DNA of 64,000 nucleotides from Parvularculaceae bacterium (GTDB lineage Bacteria > Pseudomonadota > Alphaproteobacteria > Caulobacterales > Parvularculaceae): positions 1,773,511-1,837,510 of the forward strand of contig OZ253666.1 in assembly GCA_965263305.1 (NCBI GenBank), in the 5' to 3' direction. The notes beneath the pieces are model-generated. The model saw only the letters and a list, made by a program, of their open reading frames with translations. It did not search any database and had not been told where the DNA came from. The translations under genes and the position numbers were made by a program. This document shows positions 36,966 to 47,900 of the stretch, piece by piece (position 1 is the stretch's first letter; the number at the start of each line of letters is the position of its first letter).

Positions 36966-37418
36966 ATGAGAAAAATACTCGTATTAAGATATCTTGCGTT
37001 CTTTTTAATTGTTTCGCTCGGCGTCGCTCCACCGGTCAGCGCAAAAGGGCGATTGGCCGGACCGACCCTCGCCCATGTCGATAAAATCATCGATGGCGAT
37101 ACGATCCATGTCACGGTTGATGTTTGGCTGGATATGGCGCTTCAGACAAAAGTGCGCCTGGCGGCGGTCGATACGCCTGAACTTAATAACCCCCGATGTG
37201 AGCGCGAGCAGCGGCTCGCCCAGGATGCGAAAAACTTTGTTGAGCGGTTCCTGGCGGCGCGCCGGGTCTATTTGAAGGATGTTCGCCATGGGAAATACGC
37301 CGGCCGGGTCGTCGCTCGTGTTGAAACGGCGGGCGGGCGGGATCTTGGCCAAGCGTTAATGGAGGCGGGGCTCGGGAAACCTTACGGCGTCGGGGCAAGT
37401 TGGTGCGCTGAGAGCTGA
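36966..37418 (+). CDS. Secreted SNase-like (thermonuclease family) nuclease
   Basis: Signal peptide MRKILVLRYLAFFLIVSLGVAPPVSA followed by an SNase fold with motifs …DGDTIHV…VRLAAVDTPE…. Confidence 0.7.
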   Translation: MRKILVLRYLAFFLIVSLGVAPPVSAKGRLAGPTLAHVDKIIDGDTIHVTVDVWLDMALQTKVRLAAVDTPELNNPRCEREQRLAQDAKNFVERFLAARRVYLKDVRHGKYAGRVVARVETAGGRDLGQALMEAGLGKPYGVGASWCAES

Positions 37419-37484
37419 ACCTTACGCGGAATCGGTGGGTTTAGTTCTCGATGACCTGGTGTGGGCGGTCCGGGGCGCGTTTCC

Positions 37485-38870
37485 TTACCGATAAAACGTC
37501 GTTTCAGCGCCCGTGAACGCCCAGGGCGTCTCAAGATCAACGCAGGCCTGAACATCCCCGCGCATTTCGATTTTCATCAAACCGCCGCGCGGCGCGCCAT
37601 TCGGGCTGGCGCCTTCAGGGGCCGCCACTGAATTTAGCCCCTCGTTTTCTGTCAGTTCCAACAGCAACACGCCATTGATCAGGGGGCCGACGAAATTCGC
37701 CCGTAGCCGGTCATAACAATAAACGCTCCCCGCCTTCACCTCGGTGAAGGCGGCGTTGCGTCGATCGACGCCGCGTTCAAAAGTCAAGAAATCCCGCGCG
37801 GCGGCTTCTCGTGCTTCGGTCAATTTAGGATGGAGGCTGACCATTGAGGGCTTTAAGGACGTCAGCTTCCCATGCAGGGCGAAAATAAGCCGCGTTGGGT
37901 CAATATTATCCGGGGCGAGGGCGACAGCGCTCACTTTTGAGGTCGCGCCGTTATGGGCGGCGTCGGTGAACCAGGCGCCTTGCGCGGTGCCCGGCGCGTC
38001 AACAAGGGCGGTTCGGCACGCGCTGCCGCCTTTTGCGCGCCGCACGCCCACCGCATCCCCCAAAAGCGCGGACCAAGCGGTGGTCACTTTTTCGGGCAGA
38101 TAATCGAGGGGGCATTGGGCGCGAGCGTGGTCGCGACCGACCGCTTCCAGCAGAGAGGCGTCAGCGCCTGTCGCGCTCGCCAAAAGATAAGGGTTATGCC
38201 GGTAGCGTTCCGGGCGGACAAGATCCACCGGGCGGGCCTTTGCGTCTTCCAATCCAACATCGAAACCGTCGCCGGCGCCGATGATGTCGCCTTGGTTCAC
38301 TCGCAACGACGTCGTGGCGGCGCTGTGGTCCGGCCCGTCGATTTGTTGAAAGGCGGCAATGCCGCCCACGCGACGCATCAAATCCGGATTGATCGTGTCA
38401 AGATCGTCATAGTAAAGACTAATATCTTCGCAAACCCGAAAAAAGACAGTCCAGGATTGGCTGACTGCTTTGCCGTCGTCATCGCGCCGGATGCGCCGCT
38501 CGATCGCCGTCACCTCCGCCCGCGCCGGGCTTAGCGCACTGGTGGTGCGGCGTTCAAAAACCGTATCGCCGAACTTCGTATTGATGCGGATATAGGGAGC
38601 CGGCAAAGGCTCCTGGGGTGCTGTTACGCCGCCAAGAGGTGAAATCGACAGCACATCATCCACATCAGCAAAGGCGCCGCCAAGGGGCGCGCCGGCAAGG
38701 GGGCAAGCTTTCTCAGAGAGATTGGCGCGCCGCTCCTGCGCGTCTTCTGCTTTGTCCGCTAGGGTCGGCAACACATTGGTGAGCGCCGACGGCTTTAAAA
38801 CGGCCCCGATGAGCACCGCCGCCACAACCAGCATTGCGAAGAAACGTGTAAAATAGACGGCTGCCGACAT
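37485..38870 (-). CDS. Hypothetical membrane-anchored/secreted protein (461 aa)
   Basis: N-terminal TM/signal MSAAVYFTRFFAMLVVAAVLIGAVL. No recognised domain. Confidence 0.4.
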   Translation of the reverse strand: MSAAVYFTRFFAMLVVAAVLIGAVLKPSALTNVLPTLADKAEDAQERRANLSEKACPLAGAPLGGAFADVDDVLSISPLGGVTAPQEPLPAPYIRINTKFGDTVFERRTTSALSPARAEVTAIERRIRRDDDGKAVSQSWTVFFRVCEDISLYYDDLDTINPDLMRRVGGIAAFQQIDGPDHSAATTSLRVNQGDIIGAGDGFDVGLEDAKARPVDLVRPERYRHNPYLLASATGADASLLEAVGRDHARAQCPLDYLPEKVTTAWSALLGDAVGVRRAKGGSACRTALVDAPGTAQGAWFTDAAHNGATSKVSAVALAPDNIDPTRLIFALHGKLTSLKPSMVSLHPKLTEAREAAARDFLTFERGVDRRNAAFTEVKAGSVYCYDRLRANFVGPLINGVLLLELTENEGLNSVAAPEGASPNGAPRGGLMKIEMRGDVQACVDLETPWAFTGAETTFYR

Positions 38871-39105
38871 GAAAACCCCAACAAATCGCCCGTAATGTCG
38901 CGGCGTGGCGACGCTCCGTCAAGACGCGTGGCCGGTCCCAAGTGGGTCGTTTGAGCAACACCCTCGCAATACGTCGCGTGAGGTCGGTTCCCCCAAGCAA
39001 TGGTCGCGCTCGCAACCCCCTGTTATTGCGCTCGCAGTTTAAATCCCTCGACAGGCGAAATTGCCTTGGTATTACTACGCTCAATCGACAGAGGAGGGGT
39101 TCAAA

Positions 39106-40005
39106 ATGGTGAAATGGCGGGGCCGCAGGCGAAGTGACAATGTGGAAGATCGGCGCGGTCGCGGCGGCGGCGTCGGGGCGGCTGGCTTATCCGGGCTTGC
39201 TATCCTTCTTATCCGCTTTGTCTTTGGCCGCTTTGGCATTGTCGGCGTTGTCGTCCTCGTCGGCGGGTTTTTCGCCCTCCGCGCCGTCGGCGTTGATGCG
39301 CTCGCTCTTCTTGGTGGGCAGCCCCAATCAACCAGCGCGTCTGTCCCATTAACCGCTGCCGATCAGGAAGCCGGCGCGTTTGTCGAGACGATCCTCGCAG
39401 AGACCGAGGATGTTTGGTCCCGGCGTTTCGCAGCGGCGGGGCAGCGGTACCCGGCGCCGGCGCTCATTTTGTTCTCCCGCGAAACGCAATCTGCATGCGG
39501 ATATGCATCGTCCGCCTCTGGCCCGTTCTATTGCCCGGCGGACCAAAAAATATATCTTGATACGTCGTTTTTCAGTGAACTCTCGCGCCGTTTCGGGGCG
39601 CCGGGGGATTTCGCAGCGGCTTATGTGATCGCTCATGAAGTCGGCCACCATATTCAAACTATTACCGGTATTTCGAACGAAGTACGGAAAATGCAGGCGC
39701 GATCGTCAAAGGTCGAGCAAAACGGCTTGCAAGTCCGTATGGAGCTGCAAGCCGATTGTTACGCCGGCATTTGGGCCCACGACGCGGACCGCACAGCAGG
39801 TATTTTGGAGCCTGGCGATATTGAAGAGGGGTTAACCGCGGCGGCTGCAATTGGAGACGACGCCATTCAGCGAAGCACCGGACGCCGAGTGCGGCCGGAG
39901 ACGTTCACCCACGGCGCTTCCGAACAGCGCGTGCGTTGGTTTACCATTGGATATCGCAACGGCGATATCCAGATGTGCGATACATTCAGTCAACAGAATT
40001 TATAA
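39106..40005 (+). CDS. ypfJ: YpfJ-family neutral zinc metallopeptidase (membrane-anchored)
   Basis: GAGGAGG Shine-Dalgarno sequence before an internal Met. N-terminal TM helix and HEVGHH (HExxH) motif …AYVIAHEVGHHIQT…, YpfJ-like. Confidence 0.7.
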   Translation: MVKWRGRRRSDNVEDRRGRGGGVGAAGLSGLAILLIRFVFGRFGIVGVVVLVGGFFALRAVGVDALALLGGQPQSTSASVPLTAADQEAGAFVETILAETEDVWSRRFAAAGQRYPAPALILFSRETQSACGYASSASGPFYCPADQKIYLDTSFFSELSRRFGAPGDFAAAYVIAHEVGHHIQTITGISNEVRKMQARSSKVEQNGLQVRMELQADCYAGIWAHDADRTAGILEPGDIEEGLTAAAAIGDDAIQRSTGRRVRPETFTHGASEQRVRWFTIGYRNGDIQMCDTFSQQNL

Positions 40006-40191
40006 CCAGCGGTGGTCGTTCGATCGCAGTTTCGCCCCGTTCTTCCGTCGGTTGGCCGGGTTTCTTCGGTTTTAACGTTGTTATGGAATTCCCGAAGGAA
40101 AGGGGCGATCTATCAATCGGCGTTGCGCGGAAGGGGCATTGGTTTATTTTACCTGCAGATTTTTCCAGCCCTTATTTGACAGAAAAGACCA

Positions 40192-41418
40192 ATGAACCCG
40201 GCACAATCTGATGACAACCGCTTGCCCGTCACCGTTCTCTCCGGTTTTCTTGGCGCAGGAAAAACGACGCTTTTGAATCGGGTCTTGAACAACCGCGATG
40301 GTCGGCGCGTGGCGGTCATTGTTAACGATATGTCGGAAGTTAATATTGATGCGGATCTTGTGCGCGCCGGGGCAGAGTTGAGCCGCACCGATGAGACCCT
40401 TGTGGAAATGTCGAATGGATGTATCTGCTGCACCTTGCGCGATGATCTTCTGGCGGAAGTTAAACGGCTCGCCGAAGAAGGTCGGTTTGATTACCTGCTG
40501 ATTGAATCAACCGGCATTTCAGAACCTCTTCCCGTCGCCGCAACCTTCGACTTCCGTACCGAGGAAGGCGAGAGCCTTTCTGATGTCGCCCGGATTGATA
40601 CCATGGTGACGGTCGTCGATGCGGTGAACCTCTTGAAGGACTTTTCAAGCCACGACTTTTTACGCGATCGTGGCGAGGTTATGGGCGAGGAAGATGAGCG
40701 CACCCTCGTTCATCTTCTCACCGATCAAATTGAATTCGCTGATATCGTCATTCTTAACAAGGTCGATGACGCAAGCACGGCCCAAGTAGATGCGGCGCGC
40801 AAAATTATCCGCAGCTTAAATGCTGACGTAAAGATTATCGAGGCGAATTACTCCGACGTGCCGGCGGGTGCGATCTTAGACACGGGGCTATTCGATTTTG
40901 AAAAAGCCCACCAGCACCCAATGTGGGCGAAGGAACTCTACGGGTTTGCCGATCATACACCTGAAACAGAAGAATACGGTGTCACGTCCTATGTTTACCG
41001 CGCGCGCCGCCCGTTTCAGCCTGAAGCCCTTCATACGTTGTTAAATGGGCCGCTTCCCGGGGTGATCCGCGCCAAGGGTCACTTCTGGATTGCAACTCGC
41101 CCCAATTTTGTCGCCGAGTTTTCGTTGGCGGGCTCCCTATCCAGCATCATCCCGCTTGGCGTTTGGTGGGCGAGCGTGCCGCGCGACCAATGGCCGACGG
41201 GGGGCATGCTGCCGCCCTATATTATCGAGCAGTGGCAAGAACCCTATGGAGATCGCCGCCAAGAGATTGTTTTTATTGGCGCCGGGATCGACTGGGTCGC
41301 CCTGAAAGCACGGCTTGATGCGGCCTTGATCCCTGACGACGTCGAATATTCCGTGGAGAACAGCCCCGAAATGGCCGACCCCTTCCCCATTTGGCGCCAG
41401 GCGGAAGCTGCCGAATAA
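40192..41418 (+). CDS. COG0523/CobW-family GTPase (zinc metallochaperone, ZigA/YeiR-like)
   Basis: P-loop [11 protein letters not shown], CxCC metal-binding motif GCICCTL, and a CobW C-terminal domain. Confidence 0.85.
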   Translation: MNPAQSDDNRLPVTVLSGFLGAGKTTLLNRVLNNRDGRRVAVIVNDMSEVNIDADLVRAGAELSRTDETLVEMSNGCICCTLRDDLLAEVKRLAEEGRFDYLLIESTGISEPLPVAATFDFRTEEGESLSDVARIDTMVTVVDAVNLLKDFSSHDFLRDRGEVMGEEDERTLVHLLTDQIEFADIVILNKVDDASTAQVDAARKIIRSLNADVKIIEANYSDVPAGAILDTGLFDFEKAHQHPMWAKELYGFADHTPETEEYGVTSYVYRARRPFQPEALHTLLNGPLPGVIRAKGHFWIATRPNFVAEFSLAGSLSSIIPLGVWWASVPRDQWPTGGMLPPYIIEQWQEPYGDRRQEIVFIGAGIDWVALKARLDAALIPDDVEYSVENSPEMADPFPIWRQAEAAE

Positions 41419-41765
41419 ATTTACCAAATAAAGGCAAAGCAGCGTCATTTACCCGCTGTTTTTGAAGCGCTGCGCGTGAATGGATTAAACAGGTAGCCAA
41501 CCCTTGTTTATCCAACACAAAGTATTGCCTGCTCCCCCATCTCCGCTGCCGGTGAGATGGGGGATTTTCTTGCAATATTATTAAAAACCACAGGGTGGTG
41601 ATCGTCGTTCACTGAATGTCGGCATGCACCTTTTTCTAACCTGCGCCCAAGCGTCAGCAGGAGATGGTTTTCATCAAGTAACAAATTTTTCACCAAATAT
41701 TACGAAGGTTGACATCCGTCAAATAAAGTTAAAGCGCATAAACCTTCATTCGGACGAATCCACCT

Positions 41766-43973
41766 ATGACAGCGGACCGACTAAAAATTATCAGCCAACG
41801 TCGCGCGGCACAGCTCTATGTCAAGTTCCTCCTTGTCGGAACTTTAGCGCTTGTTGCGGCTCACTATACCACACCGCTGGTAGCGTTTTCGTGGTGTTTC
41901 GTTTCCGCGTCTTTGTATTTTGTTGAAACACGCTTTTACAAGCACATTGCTAACCGGGTGGAGAAGCAGCCAACGGCCTATGAGGCCTTACTCCAACAAG
42001 CGCTGGCGGTTTCGATGCTCACGTTGCTTGCGTATCTATGCATGCCTTTCATCCTTTGGAATACAGGGGAAGAAGGCGCAAAGATGATTGCCCTCACCAT
42101 CGTTCCGTGTGCAATCTTTACGGTTTTCTCGAATCTGCAATTTTCATTTCGGGCGGGCGCCACATCGGTTGCTGTTATCATCTTCGCGCATAGCGCCTTA
42201 CCGATCTCTGATATTGTCAAGGGCGTGAATGTTGTCGCTAGTTTATGGATATTGTTGGCGATGTCGCCATTTTATCTATTGTTCATAAACAGCGCACGCC
42301 AATCCTATCGCTCCAATCAAACATTGTCACAGACCTTAAAACGCGCGCAGGAGGCCGAACACCGAGCGAACGCGGCGTCGATTGCGAAATCTGAGTTCAT
42401 TGCCAATATGAGTCATGAAATACGCACGCCAATGAATGGTGTTCTTGGCGTGGCGGAGCTTTTATCCAGTACGGAGCTTGATGAAAAGCAGCTCTCATTC
42501 GTCGACATCATTCAAAAATCTGGCAATGCCCTCTTGGTCATCATCAATGATATTCTAGATTTTTCGAAAATTGAGTCAGGGAAACTTGAGCTAGATCCGA
42601 CGGACTTTAACCTCCATTCGGCGATTGAAGATGTGGCGACATTGTGCTCCTCACGGGCGCAGGAAAAGGGAATCGAGTTGATTGTTCGGTACCCATCGCG
42701 ATTGCCGACCAATTTCGTTGGCGATGCATCGAGAATTCGCCAAATCGTAACAAATCTTGTTGGCAATGCCGTTAAATTTACCCATGAGGGATACATCCTA
42801 ATTAGGGTCGACGGGAACGAAAGTGACGCCGGTTACGACTTGAAGGTATCTATTGAGGACACTGGAATTGGGATTCCAGAAGACCGTCTGTCCACCATCT
42901 TTGAGAAGTTTCAGCAAGCCGATACGTCAACAACAAGAACATATGGCGGTACGGGGCTTGGGTTGTCGATCTCGCGACGGCTCGTTGAAGTCATGGACGG
43001 CAAGATTGGCGTTGAGTCAGAATTCGGTAAAGGCAGTGTTTTCTCGTTCGAAATTTCTCTGCCCCTTTCTTCTGAACAATCTGAAAGACCGGTGTGCATC
43101 ACCGCGCCGGAAAACATAAAATGCCTCATTGTCGATGATATCGAACTCAATCGTGAGATTTTCAATGAACAGCTTGCTGGGTGGGGGATTGAGACGGAGA
43201 CTGCATCGGGGGCGAAAACGGCGTTAGCAAAATTGAAATCAGCGGCGGATCAGAACCAGAAGTTTCCACTCGTCATCATTGATTATCAAATGCCGGACAT
43301 CAATGGTCTCGAGCTCACAAAGTTAATCAAAGCCGATCCGATGATTTCCGATGTTGAAATCATTCTCGCGAGTTCTGTTGACTGTCGCGAGAACGCGAAG
43401 CAATTGAAAGCGGCCGGAATATCGGAAATCATCCTGAAACCGGCGAGCTCGAAACTTCTATTTACGACCCTTCAACGGCTCGCATCGAAAAAAGAGGTTG
43501 GCGCTCGATCACGTCCGTCCCAACGGATGAAGCCGCCCGGCGCCTCCGATGCCATTAGTGAAAGTGATTTCATCCGTATACTTGTGGCGGAAGACAATGA
43601 AGTGAACCAGCTTGTTATTCGAGGTATGCTGGCCGACGCTAAATATGTGCTTACAATTGCGAATGATGGAGAATTGGCGTACGAACAGTTCAAGATCGCT
43701 GAAACGCCATTCGATATCGTTCTTATGGATGTTTCCATGCCGAATATGGATGGATATGAAACAACCAAAGCAATTCGCGCTCATGAGCATCGGAATAATG
43801 TGGGCGCAACGCCGATTGTCGCGCTTACCGCTCAGGTGATGGAATCCGATATTAAAGCGGCGATCGACGCTGGCATGACCTGTCATTTAGGAAAGCCAAT
43901 TGACAGCGAGCAGCTTCGTCAAACAATCGAACTCTATACAAACAAAAATTCGGCCGACAGATTATCAGCGTGA
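41766..43973 (+). CDS. Hybrid sensor histidine kinase with membrane N-terminal domain and two receiver domains
   Basis: H-box [14 protein letters not shown], HATPase motifs, and two REC domains (…[10 protein letters not shown]…[11 protein letters not shown]…; …[11 protein letters not shown]…[11 protein letters not shown]…). Confidence 0.85.
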   Translation: MTADRLKIISQRRAAQLYVKFLLVGTLALVAAHYTTPLVAFSWCFVSASLYFVETRFYKHIANRVEKQPTAYEALLQQALAVSMLTLLAYLCMPFILWNTGEEGAKMIALTIVPCAIFTVFSNLQFSFRAGATSVAVIIFAHSALPISDIVKGVNVVASLWILLAMSPFYLLFINSARQSYRSNQTLSQTLKRAQEAEHRANAASIAKSEFIANMSHEIRTPMNGVLGVAELLSSTELDEKQLSFVDIIQKSGNALLVIINDILDFSKIESGKLELDPTDFNLHSAIEDVATLCSSRAQEKGIELIVRYPSRLPTNFVGDASRIRQIVTNLVGNAVKFTHEGYILIRVDGNESDAGYDLKVSIEDTGIGIPEDRLSTIFEKFQQADTSTTRTYGGTGLGLSISRRLVEVMDGKIGVESEFGKGSVFSFEISLPLSSEQSERPVCITAPENIKCLIVDDIELNREIFNEQLAGWGIETETASGAKTALAKLKSAADQNQKFPLVIIDYQMPDINGLELTKLIKADPMISDVEIILASSVDCRENAKQLKAAGISEIILKPASSKLLFTTLQRLASKKEVGARSRPSQRMKPPGASDAISESDFIRILVAEDNEVNQLVIRGMLADAKYVLTIANDGELAYEQFKIAETPFDIVLMDVSMPNMDGYETTKAIRAHEHRNNVGATPIVALTAQVMESDIKAAIDAGMTCHLGKPIDSEQLRQTIELYTNKNSADRLSA

Positions 43974-44000
43974 GAAACCCGGAAGACACCCCTATCGGCG

Positions 44001-44615
44001 CTATCCATCGGAAATAGCGCTATCCAAATAGGCGATGGTTGCTTTTTTGACCGCTTCCTCTGTTTTCTTTGAAATTTTTCCCTCCTTGCGGATGCCAGTT
44101 GAAAACAACGAGGTCATCATTCGCAGGACAAATTCAAAAAAATCGGGTTCCGGTGGCGGGCCCTTGGATATCTCTGCAATATTCGTTCGGCGCGTCATCA
44201 ATTGTCCGATTTCAGTTGCGAGGCGCTCTTCTGATTTCGTGTCGCCAAACAGTGCTTGTTTTGCGCCTTTTGCGCCGAGCAAAAGAACGGCGGCCGCTGG
44301 CGATTCATCGAAAAATTGTTTGTATATGTCTGACACGCCAATCCATGCTCGGTGATAGTCTTCGCGTGTGTGGGGGTCGAAAAACGATAAAACACGAATA
44401 CGCAGCTGTTCGTGATATCGTTCCGTGAGCGCGTCCATTACCTCAATTTTTGATGGGAAAAAGTGGTAAATCGATGTGCGGGTGACATTCGCTCGGTCTG
44501 CAATCATCTTTAAGGTGATTTCTTCGAGCGGCAGCTCCAACAATAATTCTTGGGCCGCATCAAGAACATCCGAAATTTTATCCGAACTTCTCTTCTGTAT
44601 AGGTTCTTTTCTCAT
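44001..44615 (-). CDS. TetR-family transcriptional regulator
   Basis: N-terminal HTH …LEEITLKMIADRANVTRTSIYHFFPSKIEV…. Confidence 0.8.
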   Translation of the reverse strand: MRKEPIQKRSSDKISDVLDAAQELLLELPLEEITLKMIADRANVTRTSIYHFFPSKIEVMDALTERYHEQLRIRVLSFFDPHTREDYHRAWIGVSDIYKQFFDESPAAAVLLLGAKGAKQALFGDTKSEERLATEIGQLMTRRTNIAEISKGPPPEPDFFEFVLRMMTSLFSTGIRKEGKISKKTEEAVKKATIAYLDSAISDG

Positions 44616-44736
44616 CGTTAACCATTTTCTGGTGAATCAAATGTTCAAATGCGGCGTTGGCTCATCTCTACTTGTTGAACCCACTAAAGCATGCTTCGCA
44701 AGTGGTAATTTTGCGTCACAAAACAAGATGAATATC

Positions 44737-44768
44737 TGACATTTGTCATTTAAACTTGACACATGTCA
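44737..44768. promoter_or_regulatory. Two TGACA-N2-TGTCA palindromes (TGACATTTGTCA and TGACACATGTCA) in the divergent TetR/TonB-receptor intergenic region; candidate TetR operators
   Basis: Read directly from the sequence: two 12-bp palindromic sites 8 bp apart, between divergent genes. Confidence 0.4.
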
Positions 44769-44859
44769 GAAATATGCGCCACGGTAAACGCGACGGAAAT
44801 GCCCAAAATGGGGTTTGTTTTGTCATTTTCGCCTAAAAGCGCCATTTCGGGAGGGTCCT

Positions 44860-47724
44860 GTGCACAAATCAACTAAAACCATATTGTTGGGGTCAATCGC
44901 CGCAATTGCCTGTACGCCGGCATTTGCGCAGCAAACAACGGACGCGCCTGTCCAGCAAGTCACAGACGCGCCGGGCGATGCGCCGATTGTCGACGAAGTC
45001 ATCGTCATCGGTGAACGTTCATTGGGCCTCCAACGGGAGCGGGCGGCGGTGAACAAGAAAAGCGTGCTCGAAAGCGAGACGGCGAGTGACTTGCCGGATA
45101 TTAACGCAGCGGAGGCGATTCAACGCCTTCCTGGCGTTTATATCGATGAAGACCGGGGCGAAGGGCGATTTGTCTCCATTCGGGGCGCGAATTCGACATT
45201 TAATCAGGTCACGCTGAATGGCCTTCAATTGGGCAGCCCGGAGAGTAACGGTCTGTCTGTGCCGCTAGACGTCTTTCCTCCAGGGGCGCTAGCGGCCATT
45301 CAGGTTACGAAATCAACCACGCCATCTCAATCCGCAGCCTCCGTCGGGGGTGCTATCGAGCTGTCAACGCCGTCGATCCTGGGCAATAACAAGGTTAACT
45401 CAGAGGTGTCGTTCCGAGGCGGTTTCCATGGTTTAGGCGGCGGGTCTCGTATCCGCGCGCGGGGCAGTACAGGTAAGGTCTTTGGGTCGAATGACCAGTT
45501 CGCAGTTTCCTTTAACGGGAGCTATTCTGTCCGAAATCTCCTTGCGGAAACGATTGAGACGACTGATCTCGATTCTGAAGATGAGCTTTTGGACCCAGTC
45601 ACGGGCGAAGATATCCCATTCGCACCGTTTGGGTTCGGCGATGAGATCCGCGTTATCGACAGTCTAGAGTTTCGGAACCAAGACGTTCGTCGAGAGCGTA
45701 TTGCCCTTGGCGGCGTTTTCGAATGGAAACCCGCTGAGCAAGCGCGTTTGTTCGCCCAAGTAAACTTCTCCCGTTTTGAAGAAGATGAATTTCGTCAACT
45801 GAGAGAGTTTGAACTGGAGGATGGGGCCGGTCGGGTCACAAATGATGAGAACCTGGTAATTTCGCCATTCTCACCATTTAGCTCAATTGCCCAAGAGGTC
45901 ACCCTGGCAGATGGATCTCCCGCGGCGGAATTTGCATCGCTGACGCGTGGCGTGTTCGCGGATTCAGACGAGGCGACCGATGTGCAATTCCAGCGTGATT
46001 TCACGCCACAAAATTTTTGGATTGGGGCGCTTGGCTATGAATGGGCCGGTGAGGCTTGGGATTTTAGAGTAAACGGAGGGTATTCACGCACGACGGAATT
46101 CCGCGTTCGTGATCACTTGAATGGCGAGGGCGGTGTTTCAACGTTCCTATTTGATGCAACCATTGATCCTCAGGCGCCGACCGTCACGATCCTTTCGGGC
46201 GATGACGTGCAGAATGATCCCTCTACTGTGGATTTTGACGATTTCCAGATCGACGAGGATCGCCGTCTTGATGAGGTTTATACCATCTCAGCGGACGCGC
46301 GGCGGATTACGGAATTTGGCGGCAATCCTTTGGAGATCGCTGTTGGGGGCCGGATTACCTTGCGTAACCGTGAAATCGATGAGTCAGATTTGGCGTTTGA
46401 TCCGAATCTATTTGAAACCCTCGCGGATATTCCTGGTTTCTCCGTCGGTGAAGTCAATGCCGGTTTCTTTGATGGTCGTGGATTTGGTTTTGGTACATCG
46501 CGAGACTTCATCGAAAATGCCGCGCTGGATCCGGAAGGTGTTTTGGGCGCCGAATTTGATGACCCTGATGATGCCGACCTTTTTTCAGGTGATAGTGTTT
46601 CAAGCGAAGATGTGTATGCCGGGTACTTTGAGTTTCTTCATAAAGTCGGCCGTCTGACTCTTCTTGGTGGTGTCCGAGTTGAGCATACGGAGTTCCAGGC
46701 CGAAGCGTTCCAAGGGCTTGAGATTTCAGAAGACGATGAAGTTTTCGACGATATTGAGGTTATTACCCCGGTATCTGGAGGAACATCGTATACAAATGTA
46801 TTTCCAAGCGGCCACCTGCGTTATGATTTGACGGATGAACTGATCTTCCGGGCATCTGCGGCCAAAACCCTTCGTCGACCAAATTTCAATGACTTGATAC
46901 CTGAAAGTGATCTTGAGGCGGTTATTAGTCTTGCTAGTCCTGACGCTGATAACCAAACGATCGAAGTGGATATCGGAAACCCGGATCTAACGCCGCTTAT
47001 TTCATGGAATTATGAAGCGAGCTTAGACTGGTATTCAAACACAATCGGGTATGTCGGTGTTTCTGTATTTTATAAGGATATCAGCGATATTTCGGTTGAT
47101 ATCGTTGAAATGACGATCGTTGATGCTGCAGATGTCTCTGATACGATATCGAATAATATTGATCCGGCGTTGTTAGTCGGTCAATTCGAGCAATTCGAAT
47201 CGACGATTAGCTCGACATCCACCGGTGAAATTTTCGGTGTGGAGATCGCCTACTCGAAAAAGTTCGAGGAATTGCCGGGATTCTTGGGCAATTTCGGTAT
47301 CGACGCGAATGTGACGCTCACGGAATCAGAGCAGATAATTCCGCTCTTTGATGGGGCTGACATAATCCAAGAGGTTACGATACCCTTTGACGGACAGTCT
47401 CCTCTATCTGGCAATGTCACGCTGGCCTATGAGGACGGACCATTGGAGATCCGCCTAACGAACGCCTTTACAAAAGGCTTCTTGGACTTCTTTGGCTTTG
47501 AAGATTCCGACCCGTTTATTAATCAGTCGGTGTTCGATCGAGACTTCAGCCGTTGGGGCGGTCGGATCGAATACAATATTACTGAAAAAGTTGAGCTCTC
47601 AATCGCTGGGAACAATTTCAACAATCGGTTGCTGCGCCGTCTTCGCGCTGGAGATCTTAACACCTTTAGGGAAACAGAGCGAAATGGGTTCTGGTTAGAA
47701 TTTGGTGTCGCGGTCGAGTTCTAA
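44860..47724 (+). CDS. TonB-dependent outer-membrane receptor
   Basis: GGGAGGG Shine-Dalgarno sequence before GTG. Signal peptide, TonB box/plug region (…DEVIVIGER…), and a C-terminal beta-barrel ending in aromatic …WLEFGVAVEF. Confidence 0.8.
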   Translation: MHKSTKTILLGSIAAIACTPAFAQQTTDAPVQQVTDAPGDAPIVDEVIVIGERSLGLQRERAAVNKKSVLESETASDLPDINAAEAIQRLPGVYIDEDRGEGRFVSIRGANSTFNQVTLNGLQLGSPESNGLSVPLDVFPPGALAAIQVTKSTTPSQSAASVGGAIELSTPSILGNNKVNSEVSFRGGFHGLGGGSRIRARGSTGKVFGSNDQFAVSFNGSYSVRNLLAETIETTDLDSEDELLDPVTGEDIPFAPFGFGDEIRVIDSLEFRNQDVRRERIALGGVFEWKPAEQARLFAQVNFSRFEEDEFRQLREFELEDGAGRVTNDENLVISPFSPFSSIAQEVTLADGSPAAEFASLTRGVFADSDEATDVQFQRDFTPQNFWIGALGYEWAGEAWDFRVNGGYSRTTEFRVRDHLNGEGGVSTFLFDATIDPQAPTVTILSGDDVQNDPSTVDFDDFQIDEDRRLDEVYTISADARRITEFGGNPLEIAVGGRITLRNREIDESDLAFDPNLFETLADIPGFSVGEVNAGFFDGRGFGFGTSRDFIENAALDPEGVLGAEFDDPDDADLFSGDSVSSEDVYAGYFEFLHKVGRLTLLGGVRVEHTEFQAEAFQGLEISEDDEVFDDIEVITPVSGGTSYTNVFPSGHLRYDLTDELIFRASAAKTLRRPNFNDLIPESDLEAVISLASPDADNQTIEVDIGNPDLTPLISWNYEASLDWYSNTIGYVGVSVFYKDISDISVDIVEMTIVDAADVSDTISNNIDPALLVGQFEQFESTISSTSTGEIFGVEIAYSKKFEELPGFLGNFGIDANVTLTESEQIIPLFDGADIIQEVTIPFDGQSPLSGNVTLAYEDGPLEIRLTNAFTKGFLDFFGFEDSDPFINQSVFDRDFSRWGGRIEYNITEKVELSIAGNNFNNRLLRRLRAGDLNTFRETERNGFWLEFGVAVEF

Positions 47725-47755
47725 GCGCTATTTTTAAAAGGCGATAAAACGAGTA

Positions 47756-47788
47756 AAACATTTACCGGCGATCAGCCGGTAAATGTTT
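47756..47788 (+). terminator. Perfect 14-bp stem hairpin AAACATTTACCGGC-gatca-GCCGGTAAATGTTT downstream of the TonB receptor gene (terminator or protein-binding palindrome)
   Basis: Perfect inverted repeat read directly from the sequence; only a weak T tract follows. Confidence 0.35.
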
Positions 47789-47900
47789 GTATACAGAGTG
47801 AAAGCGGTGTTATCTCTTTTTCCTGATTGGAGGAGGAGTATAATAGGTGGCTTTGTAAATAACCTGGTTCAGCGTTTTTCTTGCGAAAGTAAATGAAAAC

